From: Mobula hypostoma
Taxonomy: Eukaryota
Assembly: GCF_963921235.1 (NCBI RefSeq)
Contig: NC_086118.1
Coordinates: 20,896,001-20,960,000, forward strand
Length of the DNA: 64,000 nucleotides
Direction: 5' to 3'
Shown piece after piece: positions 51,938 through 64,000 of this stretch. Position 1 is the first letter of the stretch. Every line of letters starts with the position of its first letter. The notes under the pieces are model-generated. The model was given only the letters and a program-made list of their open reading frames with translations. It ran no database searches and was not told where the DNA came from. Position numbers and translations under genes: made by a program.

Positions 51938-52785
51938 GTGAGTAAAAATTGTCCACTGGATCCAAATATTAAATATAATTGAAAATAGGTAAAGTTTGTT
52001 ATTACATAGAACATCTTAAGTTTTTTTTTTACCTGCGTTTGGCAGCTCTGTCAAAATGGTATGTAGTTCATCTATTTTTAGATCACCAGCTATGCAATGC
52101 ATGGTAATTTTTAAAAAGTGCAAGGGGCTGTTAGAAGTCATGATATCTTTTGCCTAGTGTAGAATACATGTGTTCAAGAGCTAATGTTGATTCAATTAAT
52201 AACTTAACTGCACCCACTTATGACAGACAGTAGGGTCTCAGTTGAAAATTTTACAAACTCTCCACTTTTCTACATAATAATGACTACAACTGAAAATTTC
52301 TATTGGTTGTGAAGCCTTAGTTAAATACAAAGACAGTGAAAGACCTGTTCTAAATTTAAAGTCTGCTCCTTTCCATTTTTTAAAAATATATATTCAAAAA
52401 TTGTGACCCAGGGAAGGTCATTAAGTTATTGTCTCTTGTTGGGTGAGGAAGAGCTACTCAACCTAACCATGCCTTCCAGCACTAAGTTCATCGCCTTATA
52501 GATAATCGATTTTCACGTGCATCAAAGTACTGTTTAAATATGATAGGTTTCCATCTCTTTTTCCTTTTGAAGCAATGAATTCCAGATTGTTTTTACCCTT
52601 GTTGTCATGATCTCTCTTTGAATAGCTACCAATTGAAATCTATGTTTGCTGGGTTTTTGACTATTGCACTAAGAGAAGTAGGTTCATCCTCTTAATTTGG
52701 GTTCCTCAGGGTTTTATACATTAGTGAGCATCTTTCATGACCCTGAATTCATGAGAATCAATTAAGCACTTTGAATTTCTTTTGA

Positions 52786-53064
<279 letters not shown>

Positions 53065-53539
53065 TAAGTTTTTAAGAACAGGTGCACAGACTATTTGTCA
53101 ATTTATTGTAGCAGTTTATTAAGGTATAGTAATTGCATATACAGTAGCCATAATGTATCTAAAATTAGAGGTTAAGAAAACTAAAATACTGCAGATGCAT
53201 GAAATCTTATATAAAAGGAAAGAATACTGGAAATAGTTATTCAAGGAAAACTGAGTTCAAGTTTCAATTGATGTACATCATAGGGAGCTAGGAAGTTGTA
53301 ATGATAAAGCAGGTTTTAATGTATGGAGACAAATAAAGAATAGAAGAAAGATCAAAGGTGAAAGATAGAAGAGATTAAGTTACAATAGGGATGATAATCC
53401 AAGGAATGTAGATAGTGATAATGTGACATTGAAAAAGAGAGAGAAAAAAGTGCTTGAAATACTCCAGGTTTGGCAGAATCAACTGAGAAAGAAAGGGAGT
53501 TATAACTTTCTATCAAAACCCTGAGGATTCTGCTGACTT

Positions 53540-54810
53540 AGAACATAGAACATAGAATAGTACAACACAGTATAGGCTCTTTGGTGCGCTGTTGTGCTGA
53601 CCTTTTAACCTAAACCAAGATCAATCTAATGCTTTGCCCTGCATAGCGCTCCATTTTTCTGTCATCTATCTAAGAGTCTTTAAAATATCCCAAATATATC
53701 AGCCTCTACCCCCACTCCTTCAGCGTGTTCCATGCACCCACCACTCTCTGTAAAAAAAAAGCCCTATCTCTGACATGTTCCCCCCCCCCCAATACTTCCC
53801 TCCAATCACTTCAAGATTATGCCCTCTCGTATTAGATATTTATGCCCTGAGAAAACAATGCTGGCTGTCCAATCTTTCAGTGTCCCCTATCATCTTATAC
53901 ACCTCTCTCAAGTCATCTCTCATCCTCCTTCTCTCCAAAAGAAAAAGCACTAGCTTGCACAACCTTTCCTCATGAGACATGCTCTCTAATCCAGGCAGAA
54001 TCCTGGATAAATCTCTGCACCAACTCTAAAACTTCCACACCCTTCCTATAATGAGGTGATCAAAACTGAACACAATACTCCATGTGAGGCCTAGCCAGAG
54101 TTTTATAGAGCTGCAACATTACCTCATGGCTCTTGAACTTAATTTCCGGACTAATGAAGGCCAGCATACTGTACATCTTTTTAACCACCCTATTAATTTG
54201 CATGGCAACTTTGAGGGATCTATGGAAGTAAACCCCAAGATCCCTCAGTTCCTTTAAACCACTAAGAATCCTGCCATTAACCCTGTATTCTGCCTTCAGC
54301 CTTTCAAAATGAACCACTTCACATTTTTCCAGACTCCATTTGCCACTGCTTAGCCCAGCTCCGCATCCTATCAGTATCCCGTTGTAGCCTACAACCTTCT
54401 ACGTCAACCTTCATGTCATCTGCAAAATGACTAACCCATACTTCCACTTCCTTATTAGAGTCACTAATAAAACTCACAAAAAGCAGGATCCCAGATCATT
54501 TCCCTGTAGAACACAACTAGTCACCAACCTCCAGGCAGAATACGCTCCATCTACCACCACAGTTTGCCTTGTGTGAGCAAGCCAATTATAAATTCATGCA
54601 GCCAGGTTTCCCTGGATCTCATGACTTTCTGAATGAGCCTGCATGGGGAACCTTGTCGAATGCCTTACGAAAAACCAAAATCATCACATCCATTGCTTTA
54701 CCTTCATCGATTTGTATTGTCACTTGCTCCAAGAATTCAATCAGGCTTGTGAGGCACAACCTGCCTTTCACAAAGCCATGTTGACTGTCCCTAATCAGAC
54801 TATGCTTCTC
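53540..54810 (-). mobile_element. CR1-type LINE RT and 3' end
   Basis: SQHGFVKGRLCLTSLIEF..KAFDKVPH (54619..55008), LYKTLARPHMEYCVQF (54060..54317), (tagaaca)n tail. Confidence 0.92.
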
Positions 54811-54819
54811 CTCAAAGAT

Positions 54820-57475
54820 TGTCATCTCTGGATTGCTCCAGGTGCAAAATGCCAGCGAGGGCAAGAATAGGATGATATGGCAGATGAATCTGCAGCTAAA
54901 GAATTGATGCAAGGGGCAGGGTTTTGGGTTTGTGGATAATTGGGATCTCTTCTGAGAGTTATATACAGGTCCCCGAACAGTAGCCAGAACATGGGATATA
55001 AACTTCAACGGAAACTAGAAAAAGCATGTAAGAAGGGCAATGTGAGGGATTTCAATGTGCAGGTAGATTGGGAAAATCAGATTGTTGCTGGATCCAAAGA
55101 GAGGGAATTTGTAGAATACCTACAGTATGACTTTTTAGAGCACCTTGTGATTGAACCCAGTAGAGGAAAGGCAATTCATGATTGGGTGTTATGCAATGAA
55201 CAAGATTTGATTAGGGAGCTTGAGGTAAAGGAACCCTTAGGAGACAGTGATTATAATCTAATAGAATTCATCCTGCAGTTTGAGAGGGAGAAGATAAAGT
55301 CAGATGTACTAGTATTACAGTGGACTAAAGGGAATTACATTGGTGTGAGAGAGGAGCTGGCAAAAATTGATTGGAAGGGGACACTAGCAGGGATGATGGC
55401 AGAGCAGTTCTGGAGACAATTCAGAAGGCTCAAGATACATACATCCCAAGGATCAAGAAGTACTCTGAAGGGAGGTTGAGGCAACCGTGGTTGACAAGCG
55501 GTCAAAGGCAACATCAAAGCAAAATAGAGGGCATATAATACAGCAAAAATTAGTGGGAAGTTAGAGAATTGGGAAGCTTTTAAAAACCAACATAAGGCAA
55601 CTAACAAAACGCTAAAGAGGGAAAATTGAAATATGAAGGTAAGCCAGCCAATAACATCACAGATATACCTAAAGATGTTTCAGATACATAAAGAGTAGAA
55701 GAGAGGTGAAAGTGGATCTTGGACTGCTGGAAAATTAAGCTGGAGGGGTAATTATGAGGGACAAGGGAATGGCGGATGAACTTAGTAAGCATTTTGGGTC
55801 AATCTTCACTATGGAAGAAACTAGCAATATACCAGAAATTCAAGAATGTCAGGACAGTAGTGAGTGTATTTGCTATTACTAAGGAGAAGGTGCCTGGGAA
55901 GCTGAAAGGTCTGGAGATAGATAAATCAATTGGACTGGATGGAGTACACCCCAGGGTTCTGAAAGAGGTGGCTGAAGAGATCATTGAGGCATTAGTAATG
56001 ATCTCTCAGCAATCACTAGATTCTGGAATGGTTCTGGAGGACTGGAAAATTGTAACTGTCACTCCACTTCTTTAAGAAGGGAGGGAGGCAGAAGAAAGGA
56101 AACTATAGGCCAGTTAGCGTGACCTCATGTTTGGGAAGATGTTGAAGTCATTATTAAGGATGAAGTTTTGGGGTACTTGCACACATATGATAAAATAGGC
56201 CAAAGTCAGTATGATTTCCTTGAAGGGAAATCTTGCTTGACAAAGCTGTTGTTTTTCTTTGAGGAAACAACAGGTAGTATAGACAAAGAAGAGTCAGTGG
56301 ATGTTGTGTACTTGGATTTTCAGAAGACCTTTGACAAGGTGCCGCACATGAGCCTGTTTGACAAGATAAGAGCCTGTGTGTGATATTATAGGAAGTACTA
56401 GCATGGATACAAGATTAGCTGACCAGCAGGAGGCAAAGAGTGAGAATAAAGGACCCTATACTGGTTGGCTGCCGGTGCCTAGTGGTGTTCCGCAGAGGTT
56501 GGTTTTGGGACTGCTTCTTTTCACGTTAAATGTCAACAATTTGGATGACTGAACAGATAGATTTGTGGCCAGGTTTGCAGATGATTCAAAGATAGGTGGA
56601 GGAGCAAGTGGTACTGATGAAGTAGGGAGTCTGTAGAAGAACTTGGACATATTGGGAGAATGGGCAAATATGTGGCAGATGGAATATAGTGTAGGGAAAT
56701 GTATGGTCATGCACTTTGGTAATAGGAAGAAAGGTGTAGACTATTTTCAGAATGGAGAAAATTCAAAATTCAGATTTGCTAAGAGACTTGGGAGTCTTTG
56801 TGCAGGATTCCCTAAAGATTAGCTTGCAGGTTGAGTCAGTGGTAAGGAAGGCAAATGCAAGACTAGGAGTCACTTCGAGAGGACCAGAAAAATAAAAGCA
56901 AGGATTTGAGGCTTTAAAAGGCATTGATCAGACCACACGGAGTATTTGGAGCAGTTTTGGGCCCCTTATCCCAGAAAAGGTATGCTGGCATTCGAATGCA
57001 TCCTGAGAAGGCTCACGAGAATAATTACAGGAATGAAAGGTTTATCCTATGCAGAGTGTTTGGTGACTCTGGCCCCGTACTCGCTGGAGTTTAGAAGAAT
57101 GAGGGGGGAAGTATTGAAACCTATGGAATATTGAAAGGCCTAGATAGAGTGGATGTGGAGAGAATGTTTCCTATGGTGGGTGAGTCTAGGACTAGAGGGC
57201 ACAGCCTCAGAATAGAGAACCATCCATTTAGAACAGAGGTGGGACTTTCTTTCCCAGAGAATGGTGATGAATCGGTGGAATTCGTTGCCACGACTGTAGA
57301 GGCCAAGTCATTGAGTATGTTTAAAATAGAGGTTGATAGGTACATGGTTAGTCAGAGTGTCAAAGGTTACAGGGAGAAAGCAGGGGAGTGGAGTTGAGAA
57401 GGATGAGAAATCAGCCATCAGAGCAGACTCGATGGGCAAAGTGGCTTAACTGTGCTCCTGTGTTTTCTGGTCTTA
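54820..57475 (+). mobile_element. CR1-type LINE: short ORF1 esterase-like piece joined to decayed ORF2 (APE and RT) and 3' tail
   Basis: VIYRSPNS..RDFN..LGDSDYNLIEF (54940..55479), GVHPRVLKEVAEEI (55776..56075), VDVVYLDFQKTFDKVPH (56168..56383), tail tgctcctgtgttttctggtctta. Confidence 0.93.
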
Positions 57476-58504
57476 ATACTCCTGGTGCAAGTGGGTGGCA
57501 GGAGAATCAGTGGGGAGTTGACAGGTCTGTGAGAGAGGATAAACTACAGGAAAATAAGTGGGAGAATGTGACTGATGGAAATGCTATGAGAGTTGGCATA
57601 GATTCAGTGTGCTAAATGACCTCCTCCTAAATTGTTAGAAAATATGAGCATTATAAAATTTGAGAAATATAATCCAAAATCAGTGAAGGCAAGATGTTTC
57701 ATTGAAAAATGATTTGCTGATTCTAGAGGCTAGTTCTATTTCATTGGAACATTGTAGGCAGTGGTGTACAGAAAGTCATAGTGGGAAATGAGAATTGAGC
57801 TGATAGAAGCTGGAGATTATGCCTGTATACAGAGTGAAGATGTTTGTAATCACCACTCTGTATTAAATGAGCCTGTATTATATGCAGTGAATACAGAATG
57901 CTAGATTGAAAGTATAAGTAGATTGCTGTTTTACTTGGGAAAGGGGTTTATGACTCTCAAGTGGAAGTACAGCAGTTAAAAATATTTATGTTGGATCTCC
58001 GATATTTGAAAAGTAGGTGCCTTGGGTAGCTGTGGTTACATTTGCTTGTAGTAGAATTAGTATCAGTGAATCATGGATCACCAAAGTATGATGGAGAAAG
58101 TGGGATGGAAAAATATGTTTGGCAGTGATCATAGAAATTAAAACATTGAATATGGAGACTTGGAGAGTGAAATGTCAATAAGGCAAACTCTTTAGGCTTT
58201 GGGAGGGAAGACTGTAGGGAGGGGTGTCAGAGCAGGAGCAGAAAATGGAGCAGACTTATTTGAAGGCCTTGTCGACTATGACTCAACTGAGGAAAATAGA
58301 ACATATCTATCAAAATACTGGTGATTAGACATGGTGTCAGAAGATGCACTGATGAGAGGAAAACTGTCAGAATGGAATAGAGTTCTTTATGGAAAGAAAG
58401 TGTGCAGAATTACATCAACTGGGAATCAGTGCAATTCCGTTGAATATTGGTTGATGGACTATCCTAGAAGTGGAAATGTAGAAATTGTGGAAGGGAAGAG
58501 TTGA

Positions 58505-58747
<243 letters not shown>

Positions 58748-60789
58748 TGATTATATTGCCAAGGTTGACAATTTCTTGAGAACATGAAGAGAGGTGGATC
58801 ATTAAGGAAAGCCAACTGAAATGCAGGTTCAAACTTTAATTAAATACTTTTGATGAATCAGTGAATCTCTCGAAAATAAACACAAATCACGCAAATTTCA
58901 ATTTAACCCCAACACTATTTAATTGTAAAATTGGAGGCATTGTAAAATTGGACTTGGCATTTCCATTTACTGTGCACTTTGTGCATCTCTTTTTTTTTGC
59001 AATCAGTTGTGTCCCCAATGTGTCACCTTATACAATACCCATATCCGTCCTTGGTGACGTTGGGTGGATCCAAATTACAATGTGCAACCATTGTGGTGCA
59101 ATTGTTGGTGTAATTACAATTTGTGAACAACAAACTGCTGGAGAAACTCAGCAGGTCAGGGAGTGTCTGTAGAGGGAAATGGACAATTGCCCTTTCAGGT
59201 TGTGAGCCTTCATTTAAATGGAAAAATATACTGCAGTTGCTCACCAGATTATTCTGATAGTACATCTCAAACCTGCAGCTTCCAACACCAGGTGCTCAAC
59301 AGCAGCAAGGCAGGGGAACACTGCCATCTGTACATTGCCCTCCAAGTTGCACACCATCCTGTCTTGGAAATAATATATATCTTTATTTCTTTGTTGTCGC
59401 TGGGCCTAAACTTTTCCCAAAAGCACTTCAACAGATGTTTTGCAGCATTTCAAGTTGTCGACTCACTGCCATCTCAAGAGCAATTAGGGATGGGCAAAAA
59501 TATTGGCTTTACCAGGGACACCCAGATTCCAAAACTTCTCTTCAAGGGAGCCCTGACCAGATACCCACTAATACATCTTTGATAGTTTGGTTAGTGTACC
59601 AAAGCCAATAGGGACATTTTTAAACGTTTCTTTGCAATGAGTGCTACAATGGTGACACCTCTGGCTGCACTCCATAATGATGGTGACTAACCAGTTATGG
59701 TGTGTCTGAGACATCTGGCAGAATGCACAAACATCTCCTTAGTGAAAAAGTGACCCTCACAAATTGTGCATAGGTTATTTTTACTTATCTTTAGGAGAAA
59801 CGTTTTTGCAGGTTCAACCATTCCAAAGCTCTTACCACCGAGATTTATGAAATGATTCCAGCAGACTTGCAGCCAAGCACTCATTCCTGGACTGATCACT
59901 CTGAGGAACATAAATTCATATTTACTTTCAAATACCTTGCCACAAGACCTTTACAAGCAACTGCAGCCGATTGAGAGGTCACTGGTTTTGCTGCTCCCGA
60001 TATCACCTACTCTGAAGCTGGCAAAGGATAAGTGGCATCTTGGACATTAAGATTACCAACTTTGTTTGCTTCCCATGAGCGCAGGCCACTGTCAATGGTG
60101 TTCTTGTATCCATAAGGCCTTTTCTTAATCTGGCATTTTCATCAATAGGAAATGTTTCCAATTCCTTCAATGTGCAGCTCACTGTACATCACACAAGGAA
60201 TTTCTCCATCATTTATTTCATGCTTCTTGGAAACACACATGATCCCTTTATCATGAGTAATTCACACTGCCAGCTATTTTCAGCAGTTGGCACTTCCCTT
60301 GAGAGATCATGGGGAACAAAGGCCACCATCCACTGTCCTTCCCATCCAGTTGTTGGAAGGAATACAAGCGAATTATTGATTCGCTTGGAAGGCAAGTTTC
60401 AAACACTGGATGATGGGAAGAGAAGAGATAAAAAGGCAGATGTTGCATCTCCTACATTTGCATAGGAAGATGCTGAAGAAATAGAGTTGTGGAGAGTTTG
60501 AAAGGAGAGGTGTGCCTGTTGGTAGCATCTCATTGAAGATGTTGAAAATTAAAGAGGATGGTGAATGTGGTGAGTGATGGGATAGAAGGTAAGAACAACT
60601 ATCCGTGCTCTTGTTGGGAAGAGAGGTTAAGTGCAGGAAATGGAAAAGATGTATATGGGAGAAACTTTTATCTGTGGTGATTTATGAATCCCAAACACTG
60701 AAGAAGTGGAATGCCAAGAATTATGGTTTTGCTCACTTTGTGATATCTTCCATTATATTCTACAAGAGTAGCGTTACTTGCATTCTCTT

Positions 60790-60955
60790 TTGCTTGGAGA
60801 CTGAACAACCAACAGTCCAAACACTAACCACAGCCACCACTTACTCTTGCCCACACTGCGCTAGAATATGTGGATCCCAGATCAGCCCCTACAGCCACCT
60901 GAGGACCCACCAATAGACAACCCCTTAGGAGAACATCATATTCAACTCAAATTAT
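60790..60955 (+). mobile_element. RTE-type LINE 3' terminal remnant with C2H2-like finger
   Basis: CPHCARICGSQISPYSHLRTHQ* at the end of ORF 60605..60916, followed by a short 3' UTR. Confidence 0.6.
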
Positions 60956-61116
60956 CGCACTACTACTCTATTTTGTTTAGTCAAGTCTGCTTAATAAAAA
61001 ATGTAATATCATCATTGTTTGGTGTCTGGCATCAATGTTACAGTTACAGTGAACAATGTTTTATAGCGTGAACGATTTCTGGAATCTTACTTTGCACCAT
61101 TTGCTTTCTATTTTAG

Positions 61117-61238
61117 GTGCGGTATTCAGCTCAGTCACTTTTTGACTACCTCAAGACAATTCATGATGATCTAGAAGCCATGAACAAGTTTTGTGGAACC
61201 TTATTACAAATCTTTAGGGACAATTTACATAATGACAG
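61117..61238 (+). CDS. TBCD: TBCD coding exon (122 nt): VRYSAQSLFDYLKTIHDDLEAMNKFCGTLLQIFRDNLHND(R)
   Basis: Acceptor ttttag and donor gtagga. QSLF.Y and GTLLQIF.DNL motifs. Confidence 0.96.
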
Positions 61239-62182
61239 GTAGGAAAATCATTGTAAATGTGTATAATTCACTTACTGATTGGAAAATACACTTTTAGAAT
61301 GCTTTGCACTAGCAGATCTTTGACAATTTTACCCAGGCACTGATCAAAGATTTATAGTCTTCAATATATTGGCTTTCCGAATCCCCTGATTATCACAATC
61401 AAATGAAAATTTTACACTGGTTGGTGAACAACACTGTTTGATTTTACTTGTACAAAATCCTTCTGCATACATTTGGCCTTAGCAGGTCTTGAAGTTAAAC
61501 TGATCTCATCTGCAAGGTTAAAGCTTGCTTTAGCTTAGAAAAGGCCTAACCTTACCTGGGCTACTGCCTGCTGGGGAGTCCAACACACCATCATCCACTC
61601 CAGGTAAATTACCATTTGAATTATTCATTGTTAAAGACCTGTCCTCCCTCCTCCCAATTCTTCATTACCTTTCCACTATTCCACCCTCTGACAGGCTTAC
61701 CAGAATAACCATTTTCCAAGCATGTCCATCCATTCCACTTTCCTCAAATTACACACCTGTCGCAATATGGGTGATACTTTCCTTCCCCCAGCTTTACTTT
61801 CCTTTCATCTTCAATCCATTGCCTTCTATGCCTCCACTACAGCCGCTACTCCCTACACTGACTGGAGATAATGGAGGAAATGCCTTTTGCTCGATTAGCA
61901 TATATGTTCAAATGTGATGCATTTGGGCTGGTGAATGATGGAACATTGCATTCTGGTGATCTCACATGAAACCATTCCAGCTCCATTTTATAGGCTGTTT
62001 TTATGCTCATTGCACTTTTTCGTTCTACTTTTTGATGATTTTTCTCCATATGTTAACCAAATAGTGAATTACTTATTTTGAAAAATAATGTTTAGTTCTT
62101 AGCCTTTGAATTTTTAAATATCTTTAATACAAAGATTCAATTCTAATTTTCCACTTCCTTCTGCATTAATAATATTTTTCAG

Positions 62183-62260
62183 GGTGTCCATCCCTCTGTT
62201 AAAGATGCTCGACCAGATGCTGGCTAATGGATGCTTTGATATTTTCATAACAAGTGAAAG
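62183..62260 (+). CDS. TBCD: TBCD coding exon (78 nt, last found in window): VSIPLLKMLDQMLANGCFDIFITSE(S/R)
   Basis: Acceptor ttttcag and donor gtattt. Resembles TBCD RVSVPLLKTLD...GCFDIF. Confidence 0.95.
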
Positions 62261-64000
62261 GTATTTATCATAAGAGACAAAAGTCTGCTGGTATTTTACA
62301 GATCTTTTCTTTTCCCAATTTATGACCTATTGCTTCAGTCTTTTAACATATTTGCATGTAAATTTGAAACAGTTATAAAAATAGGATTTTCTATTCTTGA
62401 ACGAGATTCTATTGCTACCAGAATTTATTATAAGCACTTCTAAATAAATCATCACAGAACAGGACTGTGACATAAGTTTAATAAATTTGACACCATACAG
62501 TGCCAGCTAGTGCCTTAAGTATATCTTATGTAATTGATGTAGATGGTGATGTACAACGTTCATATCTTGAAGCTGTTCTCTGCAATCTTGCAGAAACTCC
62601 AGTAGAAAACACCAATAGCAGGAAAACCTATTCTGAAAGTGCTATAAAGCTAAATTAAAACAAAACCATTTCAGTTTCTGATAATTGGGTATGTACTTAA
62701 ATCTTGTCTCCAGAAGCTGCAAGTTTCAAATGAACTTTTACTGAGAAAATTATTTGTACCAATTTAACTGCACAAATTGGGTACCATTAACTCCACAACT
62801 AGAGCAATGGAATAGTTTATGGAATTTTCTTTCAGTTTTCTTCATTTTAATAAATATGAGCATGAACTCTGCTACATTTCATGGGGAGGGGGTAACATTA
62901 GTCACCTTCTCAATGCATATTTATTTATTTGACAGATATCTGGACTTTCTAGTAATGAGACCAGTAAAACAGAAATAGTAATGTTCAAAAAATAAATGTT
63001 AGCATAGGAATTCCAATCATTCAAATGCAATTTGAAGTTTGAGTCAAGATAGTGAAACTTTCCACTGATTTGTGAGCCATCTCATCCTGCCAGACACCTA
63101 CCCTTCAGACACATACTTTCTTCTAGTGGGACTCCTGTTAAGTTTTCTAAAGGAAGGGCTACTCCCAGTTGACTGGAGAAGCCCAGTTGTCTGAATGTAA
63201 CTGACAATGTACCTATTTAATATTATCAATAATTTCCACAGATATTTTAAGAAATGCCATGAACTTTCAAGTGAAAGCCAAATGTAATAAAAGATTTGCC
63301 AGCTATAAATGTTTTATAAGGGACAACTCATAAAATTGTTTTACCCTGATCAATTAAGGAAATGATTTCTAAGATTCCACATATTGTTGCCATTAGGTTT
63401 CAAAGGACTGATTTGAGACCTAAGTTGTGGCAACATGTCCTACTCTTATTTTAAAGACCACCCTGGGCCATGCCAGAATAGATTTAGTTGACATATTGCT
63501 TACCTTTCAAGTAGATGCTCTGTACTGAGGGCACACGTGCTTGATTCAAGGAAAGGAAAATTGAAAAGTATTTTTTTCTCTTGCAACAGATTGTTTTTAT
63601 AGGTATTTTGCCTTTTCAACATATGGAATTTTCTCAGCTGCTATCAAAGTGCAACTACATACATTTCGTATATTAATAACCCACCACTTTTTCTCTAACG
63701 CTTATTTGGAGTGGGTGATTGACAGTGGAAATTAAAACCTTGTATTGCAATGCACAAAGACAATGCAGCATAATTGTCCTGGTCCTGATATTTATCTTAC
63801 CAGCGAAGTGTTTCAAGAAAGTATCCTAAGGAATGTAAATAGACAAAATAAATCAAATCAATTGTTAACATGTATTTGCAGAAATGGATTTAAACACGAC
63901 CTGAGGATGTGAGAAAATTTATATTGCAATTTTGTTACCACTGTTTATCTGTATCTCCTGTGGTATTTTCATCTTGCTCAAAGCTCTTGACTGGTTTACT

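Noticed and set aside
59600..60360. Possible Tx1/L1-like LINE remnant on the minus strand
   Set aside because: Too degraded for me to identify a diagnostic motif.
60845..60916. C2H2-like motif as an exon of a nested zinc-finger gene such as ZNF750
   Set aside because: It is a single terminal finger of the RTE LINE type followed by a stop. No ZNF750-like coding sequence was seen on either strand of the window.

Overview
Eukaryotic, repeat-rich vertebrate DNA. The repeat spectrum (CR1, Rex1/Babar-like and Penelope-like elements, Deu-type SINEs) suggests a cartilaginous fish, probably a ray; that taxon is an inference. The window lies entirely inside one + strand gene, tubulin-specific chaperone D (TBCD). 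I traced 14 consecutive internal coding exons (2685-62260), all with AG/GT boundaries and compatible phases, splicing to 1272 nt of open frame. The gene start and end lie outside the window. Almost all ORF-track entries are transposon fragments or noise. Notable intron content: a ~350-nt foldback palindrome at 13081-13430; a non-autonomous Helitron carrying an STPR-like 23-aa repeat frame missed by the ORF track; an internally deleted IR-DR Tc1 transposon; a decayed class I-like endogenous retrovirus; Penelope-like termini with hammerhead-ribozyme-like cores; two short elements sharing an RTE-like tail; and a G-rich 21-bp minisatellite. I found no evidence of a new multi-gene system. All family assignments rest on motif recognition by eye, not on database searches.
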